From: Dendrobates tinctorius
Lineage: Eukaryota
NCBI RefSeq assembly: GCF_039654945.1
Contig: NW_027361869.1
Coordinates: 2,480,001-2,544,000 of the forward strand
Direction: 5' to 3'
Length of the DNA: 64,000 nucleotides
Shown here: one piece after another, positions 1 to 12,900 of the stretch
Position numbering within the stretch: position 1 is the first letter of the stretch
Layout of the letters: the number at the start of each line of letters is the position of its first letter
The notes under the pieces: generated by a model
Database searches by the model: none
The model's input: the letters and a program-made list of their open reading frames with translations, nothing else
Told to the model about the DNA's origin: nothing
Program-made: the position numbers and the translations under genes

Positions 1-3000
1 TCTTCATACAGTGACGTCCTCTTTCCTGTTGTGGCTCCCAGGCAGGTGCACTGTGCTGCAGCCATGACAGGAAGGAAAGAGGATGTCACTGTATGAAGTT
101 GGGCGTTGCTGTCTGGTCTGGCACCTCCCATCGGACCAGACTGCTGTAGATAAGCCCCTGATGGTGCCAGCAGCTCATATTTGAAAAAAGGGTGACAGAT
201 TCCCTTAACACCTTGCTCCGCTATCAGCCCTAGTAGCTGCAGTATGATTTGTGACAGCAGTGGAGACTTGTTGCTGATCCTGGGGAGGATGAAGAAACTC
301 TTTATTTACATTTTTTCTGAACTGCAGCTGAAAATGCAAAGTCTATCTTGTATCATCACCTTAATACTACAGGCTTTGTTTAATATTGAATCAAATTGTG
401 ATTTTCTGCCATGTAAAGAAGGCAGCCATTAAATTGAGTTATTAAATGGCAAAAATACTGCATAATGGTCTTACTAGAGATCAAGTTTAATCCTACTCTG
501 TAGTGCAGACTTTATGCTTATGACTATTAAAGGCAGGATGCCGGCTTACTACGCTGTGGTTGACGACAATGGAAGAGAAATTGCATGGTTTCTCAGTTTA
601 CTATATAAAATTCACTGAGTTCTTCTGTTAAACTATTTGGGTATTAAGCAAGTTGGATTACAGTATGCTCAATGCTGGCCATGTGCCTGCTGTAATGCAT
701 AGTCTCTGCCATTATGGTTCTCTAGAAATGGAGCAAGAAATGTGGAGATGTGTCAAACTCCAAAAAGCTTTAAGTGGCACACTGCAGGAGTTTTGAATAA
801 TGAGTCATGTCTAATGAATTCAGACAAACTTTGTTTCAGTGACAAGCTTTACCAGAATATTAGGGAAGTACTGATATGACCTGGATATAACATGTACTGG
901 CACTCAGTGTGGACAGTGTGAACAGCCTTGTCTGACCTCAGCACCCTGCTATCTCCAGTATTCAGATGCTCTACTGGGACCACATCTTCCGACACATAGC
1001 CTTCTCTTAAAGAAAGTCTTCTAATAGTATTCATTTTCCCATTGTTTGCTGTAGAGACTTGGATGAGCTGTACAACCATATTACCACTGTGTATGGGACT
1101 TTATTTCATGTGAGTTGTGATGGTTCCAGCACATGCAGCCATTGAGATTTTCTAGAATTATAGTCCTGATGTGTGCATACAGTAAGAACTCAATAGTTAA
1201 CTTCTCCATGCATGCTAGGGTACATACCAATCCCATACAAGCCTGAACCAGTGGGCTCTCAAAACACTTAAGTTTTGCATAATTAACAAGTATACTGTAC
1301 TCTTATGAAGCATGGTGATGTAACTTCAGCACCTGTCCCTTGGTCCAGGAACATCCTCAGCGTTCATTCTGACAGTTTTTCCCCCTCTATCAGATGGGCT
1401 TACATGCACTTGGCTTATTTTAGTAGTTCAGTTGGCTCCCTTACCCAATCTAGTATCTTCCTGGACCACACAACCAGCACTGCAATTGGGCTATCAATGC
1501 AGGGAACAATTGTTTTTCTTACAGTCTGCAAAACATATAAAAATAACTAACTTATGTCTATGGCAAATCCTATTAATGAATGTAAAAAAAAAGTCAGAAT
1601 CCAAGGGTTGATCAGTTAAGTGTGAAAGAAGCTTACAACCCTGCTCTGATCTAAGTGTCAACCACCAAATGCAGAGGGATTCTCAGCACAAAAATGATTG
1701 TGCAAACACCAAGCACATGAGGTCAGCCAACCTTTGGTGTGGCCGAGCAATGCCTTCACTTGTAGACAGTGTGCAGGTAGAGCAATCTGAATGTTGAAAA
1801 GGCTGCAGCGCTTAGACACCTTGTCCCTGTCAAACAGCTGATCAGTGGGGATAGTCAGATCCCCAGCGATCTGATTTTGATGACCTGGAAACTTTACCTG
1901 TAAAAAGAAGGTTGGCACAAACTTACTGTTCAAACTAAGCGCTGACACCTGATGTAGCCATGTAGTGGCCGATCAGGTCAGTGTACATGCCCTATCTCTC
2001 CTCCCTGCCTCCTGTAAAGCCAGAACTATCAATCAAAGGAGACAGGGTTAGATGGAAAACTACCAGAGTACTGTTTGGCTGCACCAGGTGCCTGGTTTGG
2101 ACAGTCGTTTTGTGCTGACAGACTGCTGTTATCAAGTTTACAATTAATAAATTGCTGCCAATGTATTAGGTTCCTAATTAGGAATGACCTAACGATCCAT
2201 GTGCCCTGGCACAGCTCTGATGGTACTCGGCCTGAATTAGCAAATACCAGGGAATAAAGATAATTTTGGGCTCAAGGAACGATTGTTAGGATCCTTATTA
2301 GGAAGGAAATAATGTCGGCAGGACCTTAATACCAGGAAGCTTGATAGCCTATTCCCTTTAGGGCCTTGACATAACATTGTGACAACTAGGGGAAAAGTTT
2401 GTTATTGATTGCCATTTTTTTTTTTTTTTTTTATACACACCTTGGAGCACCACCTCACATGTACAGTGAGCACCCCTTATATAACCTATAACTAGGGGAA
2501 AAGTGAGGTGGTTTAGATGTGTGTGGGACAGTAACTAGTTTGATAAAACAATAAATGTGAGCCAAATTTATAGCACATGATGGAAAGCTTTACCGATCCC
2601 TACAACAAGCAGTAATTGCATTTGGCTGTATTCACACAGCACCATTTTACAGTACCTAGAAAACCTGAGATCTCAGAAATGTCACTTTTTATGGCTGGGA
2701 GCACACATACGAGAAACACAGCCGAGTCTCGCATGTTACTCGCTGGCATCCTGGAGCAGAGAGTCAGCCGCATGTATTGCTATGCAACCACACACTCCGC
2801 TCCCGAGTGCCGGGTATTAACATGCGAGACTCGCCTGTTTCTCGCATGTGTGATCTCAGTCTGTTACACACTTAATTTTTGTTTTTCAGACCTGGCTCAT
2901 CAGGTAAAGTGTCTGTCCTTCAGAGCTGCACTCTCTGTGCTGATGACTCATTGATAGTATACAGTCTCGTGATTAACAATACCTGGAAGTTGGACTGGAA

Positions 3001-3609
3001 ACACAAGTTCCAAGACAAGCCGGAGGCTTGTAATCCTGCAAACCACGGGAACTATTGTTTTTTTGAGGGTGTGTGGAAATCACTGTATCAAACCTTGTAC
3101 ACATTTTATCTTGGGTGCATGCGATATATAGTAAGTGTATACCACACACTAAATCTTGCTGGGATATGCTGTATGGGAAAGCAGTTTGTAGCACCTTCCT
3201 GAAAAACCTGGAAGATTTGCAGCACATTTCCCCGGGGCCAAAAAGAAAAATCCATACAGGCCAAAGTTTTGAAGGACATCAGCTAAGATAAGGCTACATT
3301 CACGTGCAGTGACTTGCTGCAGCCAAAACATGCTCTGGGCAGTAAAAACTCAGGTTTGGTGCATTTTTTTATTTTTTCCTGCCTTTGTGTGCAAAGTACA
3401 TGCGTGTTGTCTATAGCACACATTCAGTAAAGTTAGTTTTATTCACCAAAACTGCATTTTTGCATTCTACAAATGCAAAAGAACAGCTGCAAAAACGCTG
3501 AAAAAAAAGTTGATATGCTGCAGTTCTCAGTCAGGGGAAAAAAAGATTTTTAGACGTGTGAGAAGATAGTAAGGCACCTGAATCTGGGGGAGGTATAGGT
3601 GACCACTTA

Positions 3610-3925
3610 GGGTGTGTGCACACGCTGCAGATTCTGCTGCAGTTCCGGCTGCTGCGGAGTCGCAGCAGTTTTTGCAGTGGGGGACAGTACCATAATATCC
3701 TATGGATATTGAAATCCACAGTGCAGACAGTGTGGATTTTTCCGCAGTTTCTAAACCGCAGAAAGAATTGACATGTCAATTCTTTCTGCGGATTCCGCTG
3801 CAGTTTGCCATCTCCATTGTGGAGATGCAAAACCGCAGGTCTTTTGACCGGCAGATTTACCTGCGGATTTTACAAAATCCGTGCGGCCAAATCCGCACCC
3901 CATTCCGCAGCGTGTGCACGTACCC
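3610..3925. mobile_element. Palindromic MITE, PIF/Harbinger-like
   Basis: Termini GGGTGTGTGCACACG and CGTGTGCACGTACCC, flanked by TTA/TAA; internally self-complementary GCGGA/TCCGC repeats. Confidence 0.7.
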
Positions 3926-5062
3926 TAAAAGGGGTTGTCGGAGTAATTATTTTTGGTTTTATAATGTGAATTACATGTGCTTGACACGTCAGAAGGTTTG
4001 ATTGGAACAAAGGTCTGTCTGTAGAGCCCCTCCACTAGCAGCGAGCTGATCAGCAGTGCACCCACGGTGTGTGTGTATATAAGTATGTGTATATAGCAGC
4101 GGTCACATTCCATGGTCAGTCGCCACCACTGCCTTCAGATGTTTTTAAAAAATTTTTTTTATTAGCGACGTCTCCTCCTGCATTTAAATCCACAGCCATA
4201 GACCAATTTACCAGTAAACAAAAGGAGCTCATCCCCAATTAAACCCAATCACAAGAAGTCTGGAAGATAATTCACTAATGCATTACAAGTCCACTTAACG
4301 TATGGACAAAATCTTTATCATTCATTTTTGGCATTGCCAAGGTGAGGTGTACAGTGTGACCATATCAGGTGGAGCTTAAATTTTTTCATTTTACTCCACG
4401 CAACAGTCCACAAGAGGTACATGGATCTCTGGCTATTTCTCATAGAGGGCTTATATGTGCAGTCTCTATAGTGGCTCGTCTTTGAATTTACTCCAATTTT
4501 GTTAGTATTGTCTTATGACTTTCTCAGATATACTTAAAGGGCACCTGTCAGACGATCAGTCGGCAGCATGAGTGATGCCAGGCATATTATTTTCTGATAG
4601 AGAAAATATACTTTAAAGATCCAGTTTGATATCATAAGGTGAGAAATGGCTAGTCCGTTTCCAATGCTGGCCAGATCATAGCGCTGCTGCTGGTGACTGA
4701 TAGGTGTGTATATGCGAAGGCGAGACCTGTCAATCATCTGTAACGGTGCTGGGAAGAGCCGGCCTGGGCCCACAATCAAAGGCAAAACTAGTCCAGTCCC
4801 TTTAGCCAGCTCTTCCCAGCACCTCTGCAGATAATTGAGAGGTCTCATTCACGTGTACACACCTGTTAATCACCTGCACCTGAATTAGTCTCGTCTACGG
4901 TTGTGATCCTTGGTCACAACGTCAAAGTAATTTTATATGTGGCTGCGAGTCATACTGCCTGTGGTTTGGGAAGCAGGAAATTAAGGACTGTGCCCCCGAC
5001 AGCAGATTTTTGGTCTGAAACCTGGGTGTGTGACAAGACCCCCTTGGGTGGTACACCCGTTA

Positions 5063-5228
5063 GGCTGGGATCACACGTGAGAAACTCCGATGAGTCTCGC
5101 ACGTCAATACCCGGCACTCTGGACCGGAGTGTGCGGCTGCATGTATTTCTTTGCAGCTGCATGCTCCGCTCCCGAGTGCCGGGTTTTGACGTGCGAGACT
5201 GCCGAGTTTCTCACGTGTGATCCTGGCC
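5063..5228. mobile_element. Hairpin MITE (Harbinger-like, TTA TSD); same family as 15896-16092 and a degenerate copy at about 2694-2861
   Basis: TIR GGCTGGGATCACACGTGAGAAACTC and GAGTTTCTCACGTGTGATCCTGGCC, with TTA on both sides. Confidence 0.75.
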
Positions 5229-6587
5229 TTATATGCACTATTCCCTCAGAAATGGTGAGTCGAGTGCGGAGAATCTCTGATCGTGAAGTCTAGCAGGTCG
5301 GAGATTTAGGCTTTAGAGGAATTGTACATCTTTAAGACACACATGACCGTATAAAGCGCACAGAGCTTGGAGTACAGTGCACCAACTGGCTGGCGGCTTT
5401 CCGGACCCAAATATGGGAACTTCATGTATTTCTATGCAGTTGTCGAGCTCTAGTAGGGAGAGCTGCCAGCCACTCCGAACAAGGCATTAAAACTTGCAAT
5501 CTCCCCGTCAGATGGAGTTCACAGCCGGATTCTTCGATAACTCCCCAATTCATGTATATATGTTAAAAAAAATGTCTCAATGTCCCCTTTAAATGCTCTG
5601 TATATGCCATACTGGAGAACAACATGGCAGCAATCAGTCTCTGGAGCACAGCCTGCATTGTTCTGCTGGTCACGTCCTCGCTCTGCTGACCACGACAGCA
5701 GCTTCTCCCTGCCGCTCTCCACCGCTGTACTATGGTGTCCGGCTCCAGAGGTCGCCCTCACCCCAACATGGGGATACCCAGCACTGAGTCCACATGCCTG
5801 ACCTGATTGTGATGGTACTGAACACTGGGAAAACCGGAGTCTCAAAAGAAACCAACATAAACGTGGGGAGAACATGCAAACTCCATACAGACCTTGCCCT
5901 TCACTGACCCCCAGACCTCCGCTATAGGGAATGAATGGGGGCCGATGGAGCGGCTCCATTCCAACGGGTGTAAAATTGGTGATCCCAGCGGTCGGACCTC
6001 CTCCAACTGCAACGTTATCACTGGACAACCCCTTTAAAGGAGTCTCCCGGGGAAAAAAAGGGGGACCTGGACTTTTGGAGGAGTTATCGGACCCCTCAGG
6101 TACATGGCGAAGCCAAACATTCTTGCTCATACCGTTTGGATGCTGCGTCCTTAGATGGAGCCCTGGAATCCCAACGTACACGTGGGGGTGGGGCAAAGAA
6201 AAGGCGTGGCCTGAAAGAGTGGGAGGAGCTATATAATTATTATAGTGCTATATTATATAAGAAGTCTGTAAGAGAAACTAGGGGAAGAAACGACCGCCAT
6301 ATCCAGCCGATGCTGTGTGTGAAGCCATGGCACTGGTTTACCGTAAAAAAGCAGTTTTTACATAAAGAACCCCCAATATCGATACACCAGGTCCATAATC
6401 CACAGAAGACCACCCAACCATCACAGTACCTATGCAGTAGCCCACTAAAAGGGCCGACAATGGGCAAGAGGCCTATAAAGCGGGCTTGGTTTCCCAATTT
6501 TATAACTAAATGTTTTAGAAAACATGAAGAAGGAGCAGATTATATCCCAGAATATTTCCTGCACAAGACGTAAATCTTGAAAAGGGC

Positions 6588-6732
6588 GACCTTCCCAAGA
6601 TGGCGGATCCGACCTTCTAAAGATGGCCGACCTGACCTTCTCAAGATGGCCGCGGGTGTGTCCCAGGTCACGTGGCGGCCGCCCGGACGTCCTTTCATGT
6701 GATTCGAGCTCACGTCACGTGACTGACTCAGC
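6588..6732 (+). promoter_or_regulatory. AMDHD2 proximal promoter: three YY1-type motifs, two E-boxes (one perfect CLEAR palindrome) and an AP-1/ARE-like site
   Basis: CpG-rich stretch 100-240 bp upstream of the ATG. AAGATGGC(G/C)G at 6597, 6620 and 6643; GTCACGTGG at 6667-6675; GTCACGTGAC at 6714-6723; TGACTCAGC at 6724-6732. Confidence 0.7.
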
Positions 6733-6824
6733 TTGTATTTTCCTTCCTACGAGCCAAAGGCCGGGTGGCGGATGAGGGAAGGCGGCAAGGGCAGAGGCAC
6801 TGACGGGTAAATTGATGCTCAGCG

Positions 6825-6907
6825 ATGCCTTCCAATAAGTCCGTGTCTGACGCCACCATCGTCCAATTCAGGAACTGCCGGATCCTCAGAGACCATAAAC
6901 TACAATG
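6825..6907 (+). CDS. AMDHD2: AMDHD2 coding exon 1
   Basis: ATG at 6825; [27 protein letters not shown](W); donor gtgagt at 6908. Confidence 0.93.
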
Positions 6908-9900
6908 GTGAGTGACCTGCGGGCTGGACTAATGTAGGGGGCGGGTTAGCAAACCTTGTCCAAAACTTGTCCAATCAAAAGTAGAATGGTAACCCTTAGC
7001 AACCTATCACAACACTTACCAAACACTTAGCAACCTATCAGAACGTTGCTTTAATTTATTATTGCACCTTAACGATATGTAAGGCCTATTCTGATTGGTA
7101 GTTATGGGGAAACTTCCCTTTTCCTCTGCTTTAGTTTTAACCCTTGATCTGTCACCATGGACACTATATTATGGTCTGTGGCCAGATTTCTGGGTATTTT
7201 ATTAAAAATGAATCTGTATTAAAAAAATGAGGATGCTGGTCGGCATCAGTCAACAGAAACGTGCTGCCTGCTGTAAAATTCATTTAATCTGGCAATTGAT
7301 AATTTGGAAAGCAGGAAAAAGGCAGATTGTGTATTGTATGGCACAGAGGTTGTCCCCATTCACATCAGTCTCTGCTAGAGGTGAGCAGTTTGGTTGCGCC
7401 ATTTTAGTCCAGTCCGGTCCTCCATGGCAGTCAGTCTTTGGCATTGTAGGTGCCATGACATTGTGTGAGGCCTAGGAAGTGCCCTGGATGCCCGGTTGCA
7501 GAAACGGAGATCGTCTGCCATGGAGGAGCGGACTGGACGCAGTATCAGGCCAGTGCATATCGAATTTCTCATCTGCAATCCCTACCTAAGGGGATGTCCA
7601 GACATGGCGGAATATCCCCCCGCAGATCTTGCTGCAACTCTGCGGTGAATCCACAGCAAAATCTGCAATTTGTTGCGTATCTGCCCTTCGCATGCAGCTA
7701 CTCGTACGGCTACTGAGGCCGTAGATCACTGAATGCCGATACTACATCACACCCGCAAGGCCTCAGCAAGCAAGTTTCAAAAAGTGGGAATTTTTGTGAC
7801 TTGCTTGCTTCGGTATTGTCACCTGTAGCAGCAGCGGGCAGCATACAGGTATCTGCTAAGTCACCACATAACCCCAACCTTACTGAGGCGTGAGGTGCGC
7901 TGGGCCTCGTTACTACAGGGATCAGGTGATAGCCTCTTCTCTTTGGGTACTACGAGGACTAGGTCGGGTCACCTGAGCTGATATCTGTCCCTTCTCTCAC
8001 AGGGAGGATCTCTGGGTGCGACAAGGGAAGATTCTTAACCCTGAAAAGCTTTTCTTTGATGAGAAAGGTGCAGCCGATGTCCAGGTGGACTGTCGGGGGA
8101 GAATCATTGCCCCCGGATTCATTGACCTCCAGATCAATGGTAAGAGACTGCTGCCTAGATGAGGCTCTCATTAGCTTATGTACATGGCGGAGGCGGCTCA
8201 TAGTAAGATTATATGATCTGGGCTTTGTGAGAGACGGCCAAGTAATACTTAAAGGGGTATTCCTATCCGCTAAGGCTAGGATAGGCCAATTATTATTGTA
8301 GGGGCCACAGTGTCAGTGTAGTGCTCCATCGCTGTACAGCTGGTTGATCTACAGATCGGCATCCCTTTTGAGCCACATTCAGACATACATTTTTTTCCCC
8401 TATGCAACTACTATGCTGAATCCATTTTTATCCACGTGTTCATTTTTACCTATAACGTGGCACCTGTTTTTTTTTCTCATATGCAGAAAAAAAAAATATG
8501 TGTTTCTCATTCCCAGTAAAAAGCCAATCTCTTCTAGGTCTGTGAAAAATGGACACCAATTTCAAAAGCAGATATGCTATTTTTTTTTTTTTCCCCAGAC
8601 TCGGCAAAACCCATGTGATCCACTCCATAGACTAGAATAGGATGCGCTCATAGCGTAAATGCTGCAAACTTGAAGCCAGATTTGTGCAGGGAAATTCCAT
8701 TCAAATTCCATGCAGTGCCAGCTATATGGCGAGATGATGAGAAAATCCTTATTCTTCTCAAAGCTGGGCGATTTTTCTTTTCTTTTTTCTTTTTTTTTTT
8801 TTTTCTTTTCTTTTTTTTTTTTTCCCTCCCTTTCTTCCAAGTTGCATAATTTCAACTTTTTTTTTTAATTATTTATATGTCTGCTTAGCCGTATGGGGTT
8901 TGGTTTCTGTGTGAGAGCTTGTTTTTTTGTGTTCTGTTTTGAAGTTCAAACAGTGTTTTGATCACTTTTTCTTGCATTTTTTTTTTTTTTTTTTAGGGGG
9001 AGAGTAGAGTGCGGCGATTAATAAATGGCAATTTGGGTGCTACCATTTAATAGCTTAAATAATTTTAATATTTTGATAGGTCAGACTTTTATGAACACGG
9101 CTCACCCGGCTGCAGCTTTGTTGATTCCTCTGGATCTTAATTATTTGTACAAAGACAGGGTGAGTGAGTGAAGCCAGCGCTGATTGGCCCCATGGATCGC
9201 GTGACGTAAAAATGTCACGCAATCTCCGAGAGAACCAATCCCAATAGGTGTTATTATTTTACAAGGGGCAAACATAGGGATTGAGAAGGGGTTGTCTGAG
9301 GAGTGGACAATCCCTTTAATCCATCAGCTCTTCGCACATGCTATATTATAAATGCCACAGTCAGTGATTGACAGCAGCATCTAAATGGTTAAACAGCTGT
9401 GACTGGAGATGGCTCTGGTTGCTGCTGTCATAGGCAGATGCCGGCTGTTTAGCACAGCCGGGATCTACTTAGTACGGACCGGGCACAGCTCCTTGGCCCG
9501 CTCCGTACACCACGCACCCTGTGGCGAAAACGTATGTTAGAGTTATCCAGAAGCCTTCACTTTCACACTGGAGGTGAGTGGCTCTGATGACGTAACATCT
9601 ACAGATGCCTACTGGGAAGCATGCACGATCGGCGGGTATCGGGCACCTCGCAATGCAGAAATGAGTGGTGCCACAAAACCCCTTTAAATCGTTGTGTAAT
9701 GCAAAATTCTGCAAATTTGTAAAATTGCGATTCCCTTCTCATGTTCGGGATCTCGGCTTGCTGTCAGTGAATGCGGGCTTTCTTGGATACATCAATCCTA
9801 GTTAATTCTGCACAGGTTACAGGTGGAACAACCCTAAATACTGGGATGGGGTAGGCTCTCGCTCTTCTGATAGCGGCTTTATCTCTTGCAGTCAGAAGGT

Positions 9901-12900
9901 TGTGACTTTTCAGACACTGTTTTCCTTCCTTTCTGTGTTTTTCTTCCTTTTAGGGGGGTTCGGTGTGGATTTTTCCCAGGAAACAGAAGATGCGGTATCA
10001 GGGATCTCTCTGGTGGCTCGCAATATCCTGCCGCACGGTGTGACCTCCTTCTGTCCGACCATTGTCACCTCGCCCTCATCCGTCTACTACAAGGTACGAG
10101 GCTTTCTAAGGGTTTGAGAATACAAACCGTGCCAAGATTTAATTCCCTCGCCCATGTACTATATGTAATTATTTTTAATCTATCCCTATATAGTATATTT
10201 CCACGTGGCACAGCCACGGACAGATATGACCACCAATGGGGCAATGCATTGGTTTCCTTTATAGTTCTAGCCCCAGGTATGTGTAAGCACAGTAATAATC
10301 GCACGTGCTGCACGGAAGACTAACCCTTGTCCTTCTCACAGGAATTATCATGTGCCTGTATGATTTGATCCTAGGGTATCTGCCAATAAAAATAAAACAA
10401 ACACTTGGTGCTGGACTTGACCTTCTGTTATGTTCTCATGTATTTTACGGACACAAAAATCGTAATATATATATATGTCGCTATGAGAGACTTGTTTTTT
10501 TATTTGCAATACAAAAAACTAATTATTCCATTTTTTTCCCCCTCCATAGGTGCTTCCCCAGATTTCTGTAAGAAATGGTGGACCAGAGGGTGCTGGAGTG
10601 TTGGGTAATGATATAGCTAACTCCTAATTTACCTAAATCACAGTTTCCAAACCAGGGTTAAAGTCTGGTAATTCTTGAAACCTGTACTGGATTAGAAAAG
10701 GTGGCGCAATACATCGAAAGGTTGTCTCTGATTTTGCAGCTCAGCCCCATTGACTTCTATGGAGATGAGCAGCAGTACCAGAGGCAGCCCAAAGGTGGCG
10801 CAACTTTATTTCTCCCATCTTTCCCATTCCTTATGGTGATCTATATATTGTTTAGTATTATGTTTGTCGCTTAACGTCACCTGTAATTCTACCGGTCGGC
10901 AGGTATCCACCTAGAGGGTCCTTACATCAGCGCTGAGAAGAAGGGAGCCCACCCTGAGCACTGCCTGCGTGCCTTCAGTAAGGGGGGATTCCCTGAGCTC
11001 CTGAACACCTACGGATCTCTGGATAAAGTCAGCATTGTCACTATTGCCCCTGAGATGGAAAAGAGCGAGGAGGTGATCAAGGAGCTGGTGAAGCGCGGGA
11101 TCTGCGTCTCCTTAGGTGCGTGCGGTCTTCTTCCATCACATTACAGAACTATCTATAAGAAATACTACCGCCATATGACGCCTGCTCTCCACTGTCTCCA
11201 GGTCACTCTGTGGCCAATTTATCTCAGGCTGAACATGCCGTCCGTTCTGGCGCCTCGTTCATCACACATCTCTTTAACGCCATGCTGCCGGTAGGTGGAT
11301 TGTTGCCACTTCATTATATGTCTGCCCGAGCCGTGTGCCAGATTAGTCGTTGAAAGGGGTTGTCCATCAGCCCACATTTCTTTGTGCCAAATGGGCAAAC
11401 CTGGCTGTCGCTGCAGGGGTAATTTATGAATGGTCATAGCCTCCCCCCCCCCTTGTGGTAACAGCTGAGGTGGATAAGATGAGCGCCATATTGTTTTAAA
11501 TTATGTTGCCAGCTATATTCGCCATTAAAGGGGTTTTCTGGCTCCGCTCTCTTCCGCATCAATAGGTAACGCCATATTCACTGACACCTGCCGGGTTTTG
11601 TGATTGATCGCCACATATTTACCAGCCCTGGGAAACCCCTTTGAATGACATCTGTTATTTCTGGTTGCACATAGTTGAGTGTATTCTGTTGTTCCCTGTT
11701 ATCAGCCATGATCTCCCTATTATACCTTGCTTCAATCAATACACATCTACTAAAGTAGCAAATATTCAATATTCATCATGTTTTCACAGTTTCACCACCG
11801 GGACCCTGGGATTGTGGGTTTACTGACGAGTGATCAGATCCCGGCTGGGAGGACGGTTTATTATGGGATGATTGCAGACGGAATACACACTAATCCCGCT
11901 GCTTTAAGGATTGCCCATCGTGCCCACCCTCATGGTATGTGTGGCTTATGCTGGCTAAACAGTGTATTGTGCTGCGCCCTTTAGTTGGGGTTTGTAAAAG
12001 ACTTGGGATTATTGAGCGTTTTTTTTAATTACAGATTTTTTTGCATTCTAGGTCTGGTGCTAGTGACAGATGCCATCACAGCCATGGGGCTCGGACCAGG
12101 CCGACACACCCTGGGTCAGCAGGAAATACTGATAGACGGCCATGATGCTTATGTAGCTGGTGAGTAGGGATGAGTGGACCCGTAGAATTTTGGGTTTGAC
12201 CGAACTTTGGCCCAAAGTTTGGTTTGGGTACCAGAACTCTCCACAAACTTGAACCTGAATCCCATAGAAATCAACGGTGACCCAAACTTTGAGTTGAAAT
12301 CTTTCTCTCCCTCTCACCCTTTACCTCTCTTCCCTCCTCTTGCTCCATCTCTCCCCTTCCCTTCGTCCTCCTTCTGCCTCTCCCCCGCCCCTTGTCCTCC
12401 TTCTCCATCTCTTCTCCCGCCCCTCGTCCTCCTTCTCCACCTCTTCCCCCTCGTCCTCCGTCTCCGTCACTTGCACCCCCCCCCTGTCCTCCTCCTACTC
12501 TCCCCCCTTGGTGCAAATCATTTTGCAGGACCCGATCCAGCGGTCCTGTCGCCAATCTGTTTCCATCGGCCTCTTGTTACCATATGGGATACCCAGCTCC
12601 TCTCTTGATTAGCCGGCTAGGCACAATGTCATGATTGGCTGTGTGGCACATATATAATGTCGCTCCATGCCGGCTAATCAAAAGAAGAGCCATGGATGCC
12701 GGGAGGTAGGAAGTGGTTCTCACGGCTCCCATCCAGTGACCACGGATTACCAACCTAGTTGCTGGAGCGGGTCCTGCGAATCGACTTGCACCATCTTTAG
12801 TGACCATGGTCTTGTTGGACCCTCCCCAGGTGCGGGTGCTTATTTTTGACGTTGTTTTCCACTCTGTGACTTATTGATGGTTTCCAGATATTTTTTTTCC

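Noticed and set aside
1-2600. Possible exons or 3'UTR of an upstream neighbour such as ATP6V0C
   Set aside because: No recognisable coding sequence was found in any frame, so it cannot be supported from this window.
5519-6573. 225-aa and 145-aa ORFs upstream of AMDHD2 as a divergent gene
   Set aside because: They run across MITE-like fragments, have no recognisable domain, and I could not build an exon chain.
12207-12634. Pro/Ser-rich ORFs in AMDHD2 intron 8
   Set aside because: A low-complexity pyrimidine tract inside a hAT-like MITE remnant beginning TAGGGATG at about 12165.
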